Assembly (NCBI GenBank): GCA_018818205.1
Contig: JAHISJ010000025.1
Coordinates: 7,343 to 71,342, forward strand
DNA: 64,000 nt
Direction: 5' to 3'
Origin: Patescibacteria group bacterium
Lineage (GTDB): Bacteria; Patescibacteriota; JABMPQ01; JAHIRA01
Shown: in pieces, positions 48,705 to 57,527 of the stretch
Layout of the letters: the number at the start of each line of letters is the position of its first letter
Numbering within the stretch: the first letter of the stretch is position 1
Notes under the pieces: generated by a model
What the model was told of the DNA's origin: nothing
Databases searched by the model: none
What the model saw: the letters and a program-made list of their open reading frames with translations, nothing else
Program-made: the position numbers and the translations under genes

Positions 48705-48790
48705 AAGGGTGGGGTGAGTTTGTTATTATTTTTATCCAAAACAAAAATCCGAATCATGCAGTGAAGATTCGGAAAGTAATCGTTAAAAAA

Positions 48791-49285
48791 TTATTTGACG
48801 TTTTGACAAACCAGGGCATAGACATAATTAAACCTCTTGTACGAAAAGAGAACAACAGTTGGTCTATTATTCATCGATTTCCCATTCGCCACAATAACAA
48901 GATATGCGCTTGATGTCCGCTTGCTCTTTGCCATCAAGTGAATCTTTCCCTTTTTATCATCCCACAAGTACATACTGTTGGGAACGATTTTTGAAATCTG
49001 TGATACCTTCGATTTTGATTTTCCATCTGTAAATACCGCACCATCTGTGAACTCGGCAAATAGTGCACCACTGCCAACTATAAAGCCTTTAAGAACCTTG
49101 CCAACACCTGTATCTAAGTTAAGCATAAATACAAGCATGTACGGAAATGTAACACCTTTTTTGGTATTTTTTGCAAAATAACATAACGTTTGATAGACTT
49201 TTTTTGACGTCGGTTTTTTCTTGGAAATTCCATCAGTAACACACAAAAACAGCAATCCAATAGCAAAAATAATAGAGAGTCTCAT
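48791..49285 (-). CDS. Hypothetical secreted protein
   Basis: Signal peptide MRLSIIFAIGLLFLCVTDG. No recognisable domain. The start was placed at the Met that begins the signal peptide. Confidence 0.45.
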   Translation of the reverse strand: MRLSIIFAIGLLFLCVTDGISKKKPTSKKVYQTLCYFAKNTKKGVTFPYMLVFMLNLDTGVGKVLKGFIVGSGALFAEFTDGAVFTDGKSKSKVSQISKIVPNSMYLWDDKKGKIHLMAKSKRTSSAYLVIVANGKSMNNRPTVVLFSYKRFNYVYALVCQNVK

Positions 49286-49367
49286 GTTTTTTCTCAAAAC
49301 ATCCTCCAAAAAAAGTAAAAGATCGTGCCGAAATGGCTAAGTACTATAAAACAAACGCCGCTTCTTG

Positions 49368-50168
49368 TCAATTTTTTTCTTCTGGAGGTATCTCGTCAAG
49401 GTCAAAGAAAGCATCTGGTCCAGCTGAACCGGAAGGTTCACCCACAGAAGAATCTTCAGCACCTTGAGCTTCTTCTTCCTCAGGCTCTTCTTCTGGCAAC
49501 TCTTTGAAAACATCCTGCCTAGACAATGATTCCCAATCTTTCCTTGCTCTTTCATAGGCTCTGTCTTTGAGACTAGGAGTAAGTTCGAGTTGATCGAGTT
49601 CGTCCGGCGTTGGTTTCAAAAGCTCCAGAAATCGTAACTGAATATCCTCTTGAACTTTGCCAAAAAGACCACTGGCAGTTTCAAACGTTATTCCACTTAT
49701 TGGAATATCAACATTGATAAATGTATTATCCTGTCTTTGTCCTTCGGCCGAGACCAGTCTTGTCGGAACAGTCCCATCAGGTGCTGTTTGCGGAGCTGAA
49801 CCGCGCCAAGCCAACAAAACAAAAAATCGAGGGAAAAGAGCTTCCAGGTTTTTCAGCCCTGTAGGAAGATTGACAATGAATTTTGTCCAGTTCTTCATTT
49901 GCATAACTCTGATTAAAAACCACCCCAATCCTTCCCATTCTCTCCAATCAACCAAGGCTGGAGCTGTTGGCCCCTTTTTCTCCCCCTCTTGAAGCTCCTC
50001 CATTGATGTTCCCCGATGAGTACAATCAACTGAGTCTAAAACTGCAGGGGCCTTTTCTTCCATCTCTTGAAACTTTTGGGCCGCAATGATGAGAGCAATA
50101 ACTGGTAAAAATTGATCCTGTTCAAGTAATTTTGCTGATCTAACCAGATCAGCGAATGTTGTTTTCAA
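49368..50168 (-). CDS. Hypothetical protein with acidic C-terminal tail
   Basis: 266 aa. GC-elevated. Ends ...EEEPEEEEAQGAEDSSVGEPSGSAGPDAFFDLDEIPPEEKN. No known motif identified. Confidence 0.45.
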   Translation of the reverse strand: MKTTFADLVRSAKLLEQDQFLPVIALIIAAQKFQEMEEKAPAVLDSVDCTHRGTSMEELQEGEKKGPTAPALVDWREWEGLGWFLIRVMQMKNWTKFIVNLPTGLKNLEALFPRFFVLLAWRGSAPQTAPDGTVPTRLVSAEGQRQDNTFINVDIPISGITFETASGLFGKVQEDIQLRFLELLKPTPDELDQLELTPSLKDRAYERARKDWESLSRQDVFKELPEEEPEEEEAQGAEDSSVGEPSGSAGPDAFFDLDEIPPEEKN

Positions 50169-50358
50169 GATTCCTCCTCACTCAAATGCGTTCAAGCCCC
50201 ACAAATAAGGGCAACCTAGCTTTGTATCTTATTTGAAAACTAAGCTTCTGTCAATCAACATGACCTAAAAAGTACAATCGAACCAAATAGAACTCAAATT
50301 TTTTCTTGCTTCCCTAAAAATAAATTTTCTACTATACTGAAGGTATTAATAATCATAC

Positions 50359-50925
50359 ATGCCAAGACCAATAACACGCAAAGGCAAAAAAATAGCGCTC
50401 GTTCCTCCTGCTAAGGAAGACACCATCCTCTACACGCAGTGGCTTAACGACTCTGAGGTAAATAGAGGACTTAATTTGCATACAGAAATGCCACTTACCG
50501 TTGATCAAGAAGAAAAGTGGTATGAAGAAAATATCACCAAAAACCCCTCAGATAAAACCATCTTTGCCGTCATGCTTCTTAAAAATAAAAAGATTATTGG
50601 AAACGTGGGACTCGAGAGCATTCATCCCATTCATCAATCCGCTGAGCTTGGCATTGTTATTGGTGAAAAAAAACAGTGGGGTAAAGGATACGGGGAAGAA
50701 ATCTTGAGATTGATTTTAGACTATGGCTTTAACACGCTCAACAGAAAATCGATTTTCTTGCGATGTTTTGAATACAATGATAGAGCACTCAAGCTATACA
50801 AGAAGTTTGGATTTAAAATGCAGGGCAAGCTACGAAAAAATAGTTACTACGATGGGAAGCTCCACGATACGTATTACCTTGATATGCTTAAAAATGAGTT
50901 TAATAAGCGGTATAAACGTACATAA
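50359..50925 (+). CDS. GNAT family N-acetyltransferase (RimJ/RimL-like)
   Basis: 188 aa with an acetyl-CoA binding region (VIGEKKQWGKGYGEEILRLILDYGF). Confidence 0.75.
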   Translation: MPRPITRKGKKIALVPPAKEDTILYTQWLNDSEVNRGLNLHTEMPLTVDQEEKWYEENITKNPSDKTIFAVMLLKNKKIIGNVGLESIHPIHQSAELGIVIGEKKQWGKGYGEEILRLILDYGFNTLNRKSIFLRCFEYNDRALKLYKKFGFKMQGKLRKNSYYDGKLHDTYYLDMLKNEFNKRYKRT

Positions 50926-50996
50926 CCATCTTGACAACTAACTCTCAGATTTCTACAATGCCTGTAGGTATAAGCTAATAATCTAACGTTAAAACA

Positions 50997-51512
50997 ATTA
51001 GCAAAAAGAAATTTATCCGTATTAATGACCGGATTAAGGTTTCACCAGTCCGCGTTATAGACGAGGATGGCGCTATGCTTGGTGTCATAGAGACAGACGA
51101 AGCCCTGCGTATTGCCAAAGACCGTGGTCTTGATCTTATTGAAGTGTCGCCTAACGCTCGTCCACCGGTGTGTCGGATTCAAGATCATGGTCAACTAAAA
51201 TACCAGCAAGCAAAAGAAGAGCAAAAACAAAAGAAACGGCAAAAGAAGATTGATGTAAAAGGAGTGAGAATCTCTATGCGTATTAGTGAAAATGACCTGA
51301 AAATGAAGATTAACCAGACGCAGAAGTTCCTTGATGGAGGTCATAAGGTACGTGTTGAACTCAAGATGCGCGGACGAGAGCGTGCACATCAAGATATGGC
51401 AAGACAGCTTATGAGAACGTTTAGAGGACGACTAGAAGGTGAAATTCTTTTAGAACAACCTCCAAAACGTGAACGTTTAGGTCTTGGAATGGTTATTGCA
51501 AAGAAAGAGTAG
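50997..51512 (+). CDS. infC: Translation initiation factor IF-3
   Basis: IF3 N- and C-domains (INDRIKVSPVRVIDEDGAMLGVIETDEALRIAKDRGLDLIEVSPNARPPVCRI...). Homology extends upstream of the first ATG (51075). The in-frame ATT at 50997 follows a stop, consistent with the AUU start known for bacterial infC. Confidence 0.75.
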   Translation: MSKKKFIRINDRIKVSPVRVIDEDGAMLGVIETDEALRIAKDRGLDLIEVSPNARPPVCRIQDHGQLKYQQAKEEQKQKKRQKKIDVKGVRISMRISENDLKMKINQTQKFLDGGHKVRVELKMRGRERAHQDMARQLMRTFRGRLEGEILLEQPPKRERLGLGMVIAKKE

Positions 51513-51600
51513 TTTTTCATGGAAATCACCCTTTATTCCTTGACGTGAGGTTTTTTTTGGTCTACAATAAACTATACATTTTTGAAAAAAGGATAAATAC

Positions 51601-51801
51601 ATGCCCAAGGCAAAAACGCACAAAGCGACTGCAAAGCGGATTAAAGTAACCAAGAAGAAAAAGCTTCTTAAAAGATACTCTGCACAAGACCACTTTAATG
51701 CCAGAGAACCTGGTAAGGTCAAGCATCAGAAGAGATGTTTAGGTTCAGTGAGCAAAGCAGATGAGAAGAACGTAAGAAGAGCTCTTCCTTATTTAAAGTA
51801 A
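51601..51801 (+). CDS. rpmI: 50S ribosomal protein L35
   Basis: 66 aa, [21 protein letters not shown]... Confidence 0.9.
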   Translation: MPKAKTHKATAKRIKVTKKKKLLKRYSAQDHFNAREPGKVKHQKRCLGSVSKADEKNVRRALPYLK

Positions 51802-51808
51802 AAAAGAT

Positions 51809-52156
51809 ATGCCACGAGTAAAACGCGGAGTACGCGCAAACAAGCGAAGAAAAAAGGTTATAAAGGCTGCCAAGGGTTACCAAGGAAATCGTAGCACCAA
51901 GTTTAAGGCGGCTAATCAAGCACAACTTAAAGCCGGCACCTATGCATACCGAGACAGAAAGGTCAGAAAACGTGACTTTAGAAGACTGTGGATTGTACGA
52001 CTTAATGCTGCAGTTAGAGAAGAAGGTATGTCATATAGCACATTTATTGCTGCACTTAAAAAGAATAAGGTTGATCTTGATAGAAAAATCCTAGCAGATA
52101 TTGCCTTTACCAGTCCCGAGACATTTAAAAAGATTGTAGACGAAGTGAAGTCTTAA
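51809..52156 (+). CDS. rplT: 50S ribosomal protein L20
   Basis: 115 aa, [26 protein letters not shown]... Confidence 0.92.
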   Translation: MPRVKRGVRANKRRKKVIKAAKGYQGNRSTKFKAANQAQLKAGTYAYRDRKVRKRDFRRLWIVRLNAAVREEGMSYSTFIAALKKNKVDLDRKILADIAFTSPETFKKIVDEVKS

Positions 52157-52176
52157 CGTCCTTAAAGATAAAAAAC

Positions 52177-53136
52177 ATGAAAGCGCAAGCGTTGTTTGAC
52201 AGTGCCTTAAAGGATGCTATGAAGGCTGACTTTAGAGGTGAAAAGGCACTACAAAGAAAGCTCGATAGAGAGAAGAAAAAATACACTAAGCTCGATAAAA
52301 CCGAGAAAAAGTTTTTTGATACGTCTGTCTTAAAGAATCCTTACCACGACAGCGGTGTTCACTATGTTTCAAAAAAGAATCCTGAGGTAAAGCGAATTCT
52401 AACCGGTATAGATATGGGAGTTGGCGAAGTTCTTCTTGCAGATAGACTTACTCAGAAGGGTAAAAAAATTGACCTTATTGTCGGCCATCATCCACTTGGA
52501 GCTGCATTCGCTGATTTGGTTAATGTTATGGATATGCTTGAGGAACTATATCACTCATTTGGTGTCCCAATCCATATTGCAGAAAATTTAATGCAAGAGA
52601 GACGCGTAGAAGTGAGCAGAAGTGTACACCCATTAAACCATATGCAGAGCGTAGATGCGGCCAAACTTCTTGATATCTCAATCATAAACACGCATACGAT
52701 TTCTGATAATCTTGCGTGGCGCTATGTGCAAGACATCATGAATAAGAAGAAACCAGAGACCCTTGGTGAAGTACTGGAACTTCTTAAAAAAATTCCTGAA
52801 TATCAGATTGCTATGAAAAACGGCGCAAGCCCTAAGATTATTGCCGGCAACCCAGAAAACACCGCAGGAAAAGTTCTTGTAGATATGACCGGTGGCACCA
52901 ATCCACATGAAGATATTTATGAGCAATTGTCCAGATACGGTGTTTCAACTATTGTAGGTATGCACTACCGCGAACCAACTATAAAGAAGATTAAGAAGCA
53001 CAAGCTCAATTTGATTATTGCCGGCCATTACGCTTCTGACTCTTTAGGTATGAACTTAATGCTTGATACGTTTGAGAAGAAAGGTGTGGAGATTGTACCG
53101 TGTTCGGGGCTTTTAAGGGTAAGCCGGGGTAAGTAA
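52177..53136 (+). CDS. Nif3 family dinuclear metal centre protein (YqfO/YbgI-like)
   Basis: 319 aa with LIVGHHPL and IIAGHYASDSLG motifs characteristic of Nif3/GTP cyclohydrolase 1 type 2 homologues. Confidence 0.75.
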   Translation: MKAQALFDSALKDAMKADFRGEKALQRKLDREKKKYTKLDKTEKKFFDTSVLKNPYHDSGVHYVSKKNPEVKRILTGIDMGVGEVLLADRLTQKGKKIDLIVGHHPLGAAFADLVNVMDMLEELYHSFGVPIHIAENLMQERRVEVSRSVHPLNHMQSVDAAKLLDISIINTHTISDNLAWRYVQDIMNKKKPETLGEVLELLKKIPEYQIAMKNGASPKIIAGNPENTAGKVLVDMTGGTNPHEDIYEQLSRYGVSTIVGMHYREPTIKKIKKHKLNLIIAGHYASDSLGMNLMLDTFEKKGVEIVPCSGLLRVSRGK

Positions 53137-53144
53137 ATCTTGAT

Positions 53145-53182
53145 TAAAAAAATCTCCTCATCTACAGATGAGGAGATTTTTT
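53145..53182. terminator. Bidirectional rho-independent terminator
   Basis: A7-ATCTCCTCATCT...AGATGAGGAGAT-T6 is a perfect 12-nt inverted repeat flanked by A and T runs. It lies between convergent genes. Confidence 0.65.
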
Positions 53183-53210
53183 GTTTGGCATCTTTTGTTT
53201 TTGAGTGCTT

Positions 53211-53684
53211 TTAGGCTCTTTTGATTTCTTTGATCTCGTTTTTAATTTCTCTACGTTCAACCGCATTTAGATCAAGTCTTTGCTCTGTATTGTCTACACG
53301 TACCTTCAGTCCATCTATTTCTTTTTGTGGTTTATCAAAACGTTTTTCTAAAGTATCAAATCGTTCATTCATTTCATCAAAGCCTTTTTTTACGATAATA
53401 GCGAAACTCTCAAATTTTTCGTCAACTTTTTTATTGAAATTCTCAAAATCCTTCTTACGAGCCAAGGTTATTTTTTCTTCAACCGTGTCTAAATTTTCTG
53501 ATATCTTCTCTTCAAGTTCACCCAAATCAGCTTTTCTTTCCTTGGCAATATCCTTTTTCAGTTCACCCAAATCAGCTTTTCTTTCCTTGGCAATATCCTT
53601 TTTAAATTTGCCTAAATCTTCCTTACGAGAAGCGGAAATCTTCTCTTCTAAGGTACTTAAATCTCCTTTGGTTGCGGTCGCCAT
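53211..53684 (-). CDS. Coiled-coil protein with 15-aa tandem repeats (hypothetical)
   Basis: 157 aa. The DNA has a 45-nt tandem repeat (units starting 53519 and 53564) encoding DLGELKKDIAKERKA repeated about 3 times. The protein is highly charged. The antisense ORF 53221..53706 is low-complexity and less plausible. Confidence 0.5.
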   Translation of the reverse strand: MATATKGDLSTLEEKISASRKEDLGKFKKDIAKERKADLGELKKDIAKERKADLGELEEKISENLDTVEEKITLARKKDFENFNKKVDEKFESFAIIVKKGFDEMNERFDTLEKRFDKPQKEIDGLKVRVDNTEQRLDLNAVERREIKNEIKEIKRA

Positions 53685-54033
53685 ATGTTTTCCATTATAT
53701 TTATGAATCTCTCCGCTTTTGTGAAATGGAGTATAGCATATAAAATAAGCCCTTTCAAATAACGCTCAACTTTATTTATCCATCTCTCTAAATAGCTTAA
53801 ATAAAAAATTTATCCAAAAAAATGGACTTGACAAATCGTACAATTATATTATAATGGTTTGCTTAGTTAGAAATGATGTATTTTGATTTTTTGATTGCTC
53901 TTTTACAACTGAGGTCAGGAAATATGACGTGAGTCAATGACTCCACAGAGGATGGAAATTTTTCTCTCCTTTGTGGAGTCATGTGGACTCCGTTTCATAT
54001 TTTTTTCTTTTTATTCTAGAAGGAGATTTCCCG

Positions 54034-54672
54034 ATGACTAGTCATGATTACCACCACCCTCCCCTCTCCCAAACCCTCCACATCCCTGCTACAAGTGAAT
54101 TGCTCTGTGCGCCAGATGGACTAAAAATGCTTTGCGCTGCTTGCGGGAAAGAACTCGACTTCACTGCGGGAAGACGATTCCGTATTTGGGATTTGTATGA
54201 GCTGGTTGGGGGAAAAGGAGAAAAGGTGACTGAGAAGCACGAGCTCCACTGTCCCCATTGCAACGCCTTCTTAAATAGTGCGTCCCTCTTGTACAAGTAC
54301 AAGCACGACAGTGGAGGTACAAGCTACAATGGTGCGGTGATTGGAAGAGTCGAGGCTGAAAAAATCAAAGAAAACCTCGTACTGGTTGCGTGTTGGAAGC
54401 TCAGAGATCCCTGCTACAGACCCACGTTCGAACACTGCCACATGGGAGAAATCCTTGCTGATCCGCAACTTCTTACTTTGGATATGCTCATCGCGGCACT
54501 GGAAGATGGCTACATCACTTCAGGGCAATTCCTTTCTCGTCCTGAGGTTAAGGAAGATCTCGAAATCTTGCGTTGGCTCATGGAGCTCAAGATTCTCGAG
54601 TATCACTGCCCCGTGATCGAGTATGTCGAGCACTTCTACGAAAAGCATATCCCCTACCCCGAGTCATTGTAA
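54034..54672 (+). CDS. Hypothetical Cys-rich (zinc-ribbon-like) protein, GC-elevated
   Basis: GAAGGAG precedes ATG 54034. Contains CAACGKELDF...HCPHCNAF (CxxC...CxxC) and a proline-rich N-terminus. The local GC is higher than the genome average. Confidence 0.5.
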   Translation: MTSHDYHHPPLSQTLHIPATSELLCAPDGLKMLCAACGKELDFTAGRRFRIWDLYELVGGKGEKVTEKHELHCPHCNAFLNSASLLYKYKHDSGGTSYNGAVIGRVEAEKIKENLVLVACWKLRDPCYRPTFEHCHMGEILADPQLLTLDMLIAALEDGYITSGQFLSRPEVKEDLEILRWLMELKILEYHCPVIEYVEHFYEKHIPYPESL

Positions 54673-54705
54673 CCTTCATTATTTCTTTACACCCCCTGAC
54701 CTCAA

Positions 54706-54740
54706 AACCTCCTCGTCCCCCGGACTTGGAGGTTTTTTTT
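54706..54740 (+). terminator. Rho-independent terminator (AACCTCC/GGAGGTT stem + T8)
   Basis: A 7-bp stem with a structured 15-nt loop, followed by TTTTTTTT, directly after the 54034..54672 gene. Confidence 0.55.
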
Positions 54741-54748
54741 GGTATAAA

Positions 54749-54772
54749 AGGGCGCCCACAAGGGGCGCCCCT
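54749..54772 (-). terminator. GC-rich hairpin terminator for the metalloprotease gene
   Basis: GGGCGCCC-ACAAG-GGGCGCCC is a self-complementary 8-bp stem, followed on the minus strand by CTTTTAT. It lies 25 nt after the stop of 54798..57350. Confidence 0.4.
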
Positions 54773-54797
54773 ACAAACGTTCAATTATTTGTTAACG

Positions 54798-57350
54798 TCA
54801 CCTAAATCTACCCGCGGCAACATTCACTCCCGTCCTCAAATTCTTATCAAACCCAAAGAACCCGTTGTGTTTTACGTCGCCCGCGTTGTTGAACTGCCTC
54901 ACATGCGGGCCGCCGCCAATGCCGGTCCCCGTTATAATCTCTGCCTTTCCGTGATTGTCCATATCATGCACGGCAACTTTTACGCCTGAGCGAATATGTT
55001 TTGCATACGCAAAGAACCCTGCGCTGTTTTCATCAACATTTCCTACTCCATTAAAAACTCTTACCTGTGGACCGCCGCCGGGACCTGCACCGGTTACAAT
55101 CTCTACACTTCCGTCGCCATCAACATCACCCCCAGAAACCAAAACACCAGTTCTAATATGTTTAGCATACGCAAAGAAGTTGAGGATCCGTACCCCATAG
55201 CGCGTGTAACCCATCACTTGCGGGCCACCACCTGGTCCTGCTCCAGTAAGGATTTCTTCCTTACCATCACCGTTAAAATCACCCGCACCTACATAGACAC
55301 CACCTCTAAATGTTTTTCCATAAGCAAAGAATCCGGGGGTAAATACCGGCGAGCCTTCCATGGTAAAGGTCCGTACTTGTGGTCCACCGCCGTCACCTGT
55401 TCCGGTTATAATCTCGTCATACCCATTATTATCAATATCACCAGCTGCCACATAAACGCCACCAGTAAACTGCTCAGAATACGCATAGAAACTTGATTTT
55501 AACGTTCCATCTAGCTCAAAAACTTTTACTTGAGGTACACCGCCCGGGCCAGGACCGGTTATCACTTCATCAATGCCATCATTATCAACATCACCCGCCG
55601 CAACGTTTACTCCTGTACGCCAGTATTCCGGGTATGCAAAGAATCCGCCACTTTCGAGTTCGCCATTTTTATTGAAGAATCTCACTTGTGGACCTCCTCC
55701 TTCACCAGCGCCAACCACAATCAGGCTTCCCAAAATCTTTGCGCTTGATGTTGTCTCAGATGACCAGTTCCCTACTGAATTTTGTGTTCGCATGTATACC
55801 GTATGATCACCTTCAGAAAGATCAACATCAAAACCAAACGCCTCTGCACCACCACCAAATGTACCATCAGAAGGGTTTGCATCTGTCCATCCGCCACCAT
55901 CAATACGATACTGGATTTTTGTAATGGTATTTGGCGACATATTACTCCTCGTATGACTGTAATGAAGCGTACTCACATATGGATTATTATTTTGCAGTGG
56001 CTGCACTTGAGCAGTTCCAGAAATGTTTATTGACGTTGCTCCCGTTTTTGCATTGAACTCAATCTTTGGTGCCGTATCAACCACATCATTAATGCCGTTA
56101 CCATTTGAGTCCCAGAGTCCTATTTGTCCCTCAGCATAGTGATCTATTTGCTTGTTAGTAAACGGCGTAATTCCTCCACGCATGAGACTTGGCACGTTTG
56201 ATATACACGGAGAGCCAGACTTGCTATACAGGCTATTTTGATTTTTCGCATTTAAGTACCCTGCACTATCGTTACAATCTTTAAATGCAGATGAATATTG
56301 ATCAAGGGCATAAAAAGTGTGCCCGGTCTCATGGGCTGTAATAGCATCCATGTTGTTGATTCCGTATCCGGTATTGTTGTACGTCATCACCATAAAAGGA
56401 CCGCCGTAATAGGAGTACGCAAACGAGCCATCGGCGAAAGACTGGGTTGTCCCTCCGTCATTTGCAACAAATATGAGCATTCCCCAGTCAGTGTTTGCCT
56501 GAACAATTTGACTGTTCAAAAAGCTTCTGGCATTGGTATGATAGTCAGATCCGGAAAAACCAAGCTTTCCCATAATCTCATTTATCCACAAATTCTCTCC
56601 ATTTGGTGTAGTCGGCCCATTGTGAGTGATTGGTTCATATTTTGTCTGAGCTCTACTATCCGATCTTCCTGATATGAAATTATACGTGAACGTAAGATGT
56701 GCATTTGGTTCCCTCTCTTTCCACCAGTTAAATCCATTTTGGATTTCTGAATAAACCCTTGATTCTTGCTCAGCTGTCCAATTATAGAGGCTTGGATCGC
56801 TCTGACCATTGCTTTCTGGCAAAATAACCGTTACATTGACCGACCCATACATATATTCTGAGGTATCGTAAAACCCTGCGTTATAGACACTCTTACCCTC
56901 AGGCGAGCCACCTACCGGTGACTGGTTCTCATCTTCTCTTGGTGCAACAAACGCATCGTTTATAAGCGGTGGATAGTCTTTATCCTCTACTATCTGCTCT
57001 TCAAAGCTCAGGTTCCAAGTATTAATAATGAGCTGAGTTTCAGGGTCGTACCTTTCCTTAACCTCATCACTCACCGGCTCTCTATACACAACTATGCCTT
57101 GCTCCGCAAGCTTCTCTTCACCCTCTGTGGTAATATCGCCCATTGCTGCTTTATCTGGAAACACATGCGTTAACTCATTACCCCTTCCTTTTGAATCAGC
57201 AAGAATTGAGTCAAGTGAATGCTCACTGCTTGCGAGGACTAATGCATTGACTCCCTCAAATGATTTTGCGTTTACCCGTCCACACGTTACAAAAATGGCA
57301 AGAATAGCACAAACAAATGAAAGATAAAAAACGATTCTTTTGATATTCAT
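54798..57350 (-). CDS. Secreted M6-like (immune inhibitor A-like) zinc metalloprotease fused to C-terminal FG-GAP/integrin-alpha-type repeats
   Basis: Signal peptide (MNIKRIVFYLSFVCAILAIFVTCGRVNA). HETGHTFYALDQY parallels the M6 HEFGHxLGLPDEY zinc site. The C-terminal half has at least 6 repeats of ...GG(P)QVR.F...G....FFAY....RGGV.VA.GD.D.DG..EI.TG. The gene is GC-elevated. Confidence 0.65.
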   Translation of the reverse strand: MNIKRIVFYLSFVCAILAIFVTCGRVNAKSFEGVNALVLASSEHSLDSILADSKGRGNELTHVFPDKAAMGDITTEGEEKLAEQGIVVYREPVSDEVKERYDPETQLIINTWNLSFEEQIVEDKDYPPLINDAFVAPREDENQSPVGGSPEGKSVYNAGFYDTSEYMYGSVNVTVILPESNGQSDPSLYNWTAEQESRVYSEIQNGFNWWKEREPNAHLTFTYNFISGRSDSRAQTKYEPITHNGPTTPNGENLWINEIMGKLGFSGSDYHTNARSFLNSQIVQANTDWGMLIFVANDGGTTQSFADGSFAYSYYGGPFMVMTYNNTGYGINNMDAITAHETGHTFYALDQYSSAFKDCNDSAGYLNAKNQNSLYSKSGSPCISNVPSLMRGGITPFTNKQIDHYAEGQIGLWDSNGNGINDVVDTAPKIEFNAKTGATSINISGTAQVQPLQNNNPYVSTLHYSHTRSNMSPNTITKIQYRIDGGGWTDANPSDGTFGGGAEAFGFDVDLSEGDHTVYMRTQNSVGNWSSETTSSAKILGSLIVVGAGEGGGPQVRFFNKNGELESGGFFAYPEYWRTGVNVAAGDVDNDGIDEVITGPGPGGVPQVKVFELDGTLKSSFYAYSEQFTGGVYVAAGDIDNNGYDEIITGTGDGGGPQVRTFTMEGSPVFTPGFFAYGKTFRGGVYVGAGDFNGDGKEEILTGAGPGGGPQVMGYTRYGVRILNFFAYAKHIRTGVLVSGGDVDGDGSVEIVTGAGPGGGPQVRVFNGVGNVDENSAGFFAYAKHIRSGVKVAVHDMDNHGKAEIITGTGIGGGPHVRQFNNAGDVKHNGFFGFDKNLRTGVNVAAGRFR

Positions 57351-57527
57351 TTTTATTGATAATGAGAATGAAACACGTTTATTATAGCACACCTATGTGA
57401 TACCTTTGAGTACTTTTGATTAAGCCAGTTTTTCAAAAAAGTCGTAGCTGTAAGCACAGCTACGACAATGCATTGTTTATATATACCCATACTCTCTCGC
57501 ACTACATGAAAACAGTATGAGTTTATA

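Noticed and set aside
48527-48790. Genomic island integrated at the ssrA 3' end with att direct repeat
   Set aside because: No second copy of the tmRNA 3' terminal 20-25 nt was found downstream within the window. Only an inverted repeat and hairpins were present, so the idea is retained as a low-confidence hypothesis rather than a called mobile element.
48551-48913. 120-aa plus-strand ORF overlapping the tmRNA trailer and palindromes
   Set aside because: It spans terminators and GC-rich palindromes, has a low-complexity, Pro/Gly-rich translation, and overlaps the convergent minus-strand gene. It is likely spurious.
53519-53608. Possible CRISPR-like direct repeats
   Set aside because: There are only two 45-nt units. 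They are contiguous with no spacers, lie in frame inside a coding sequence, and encode an amino-acid repeat. This is not a CRISPR array.
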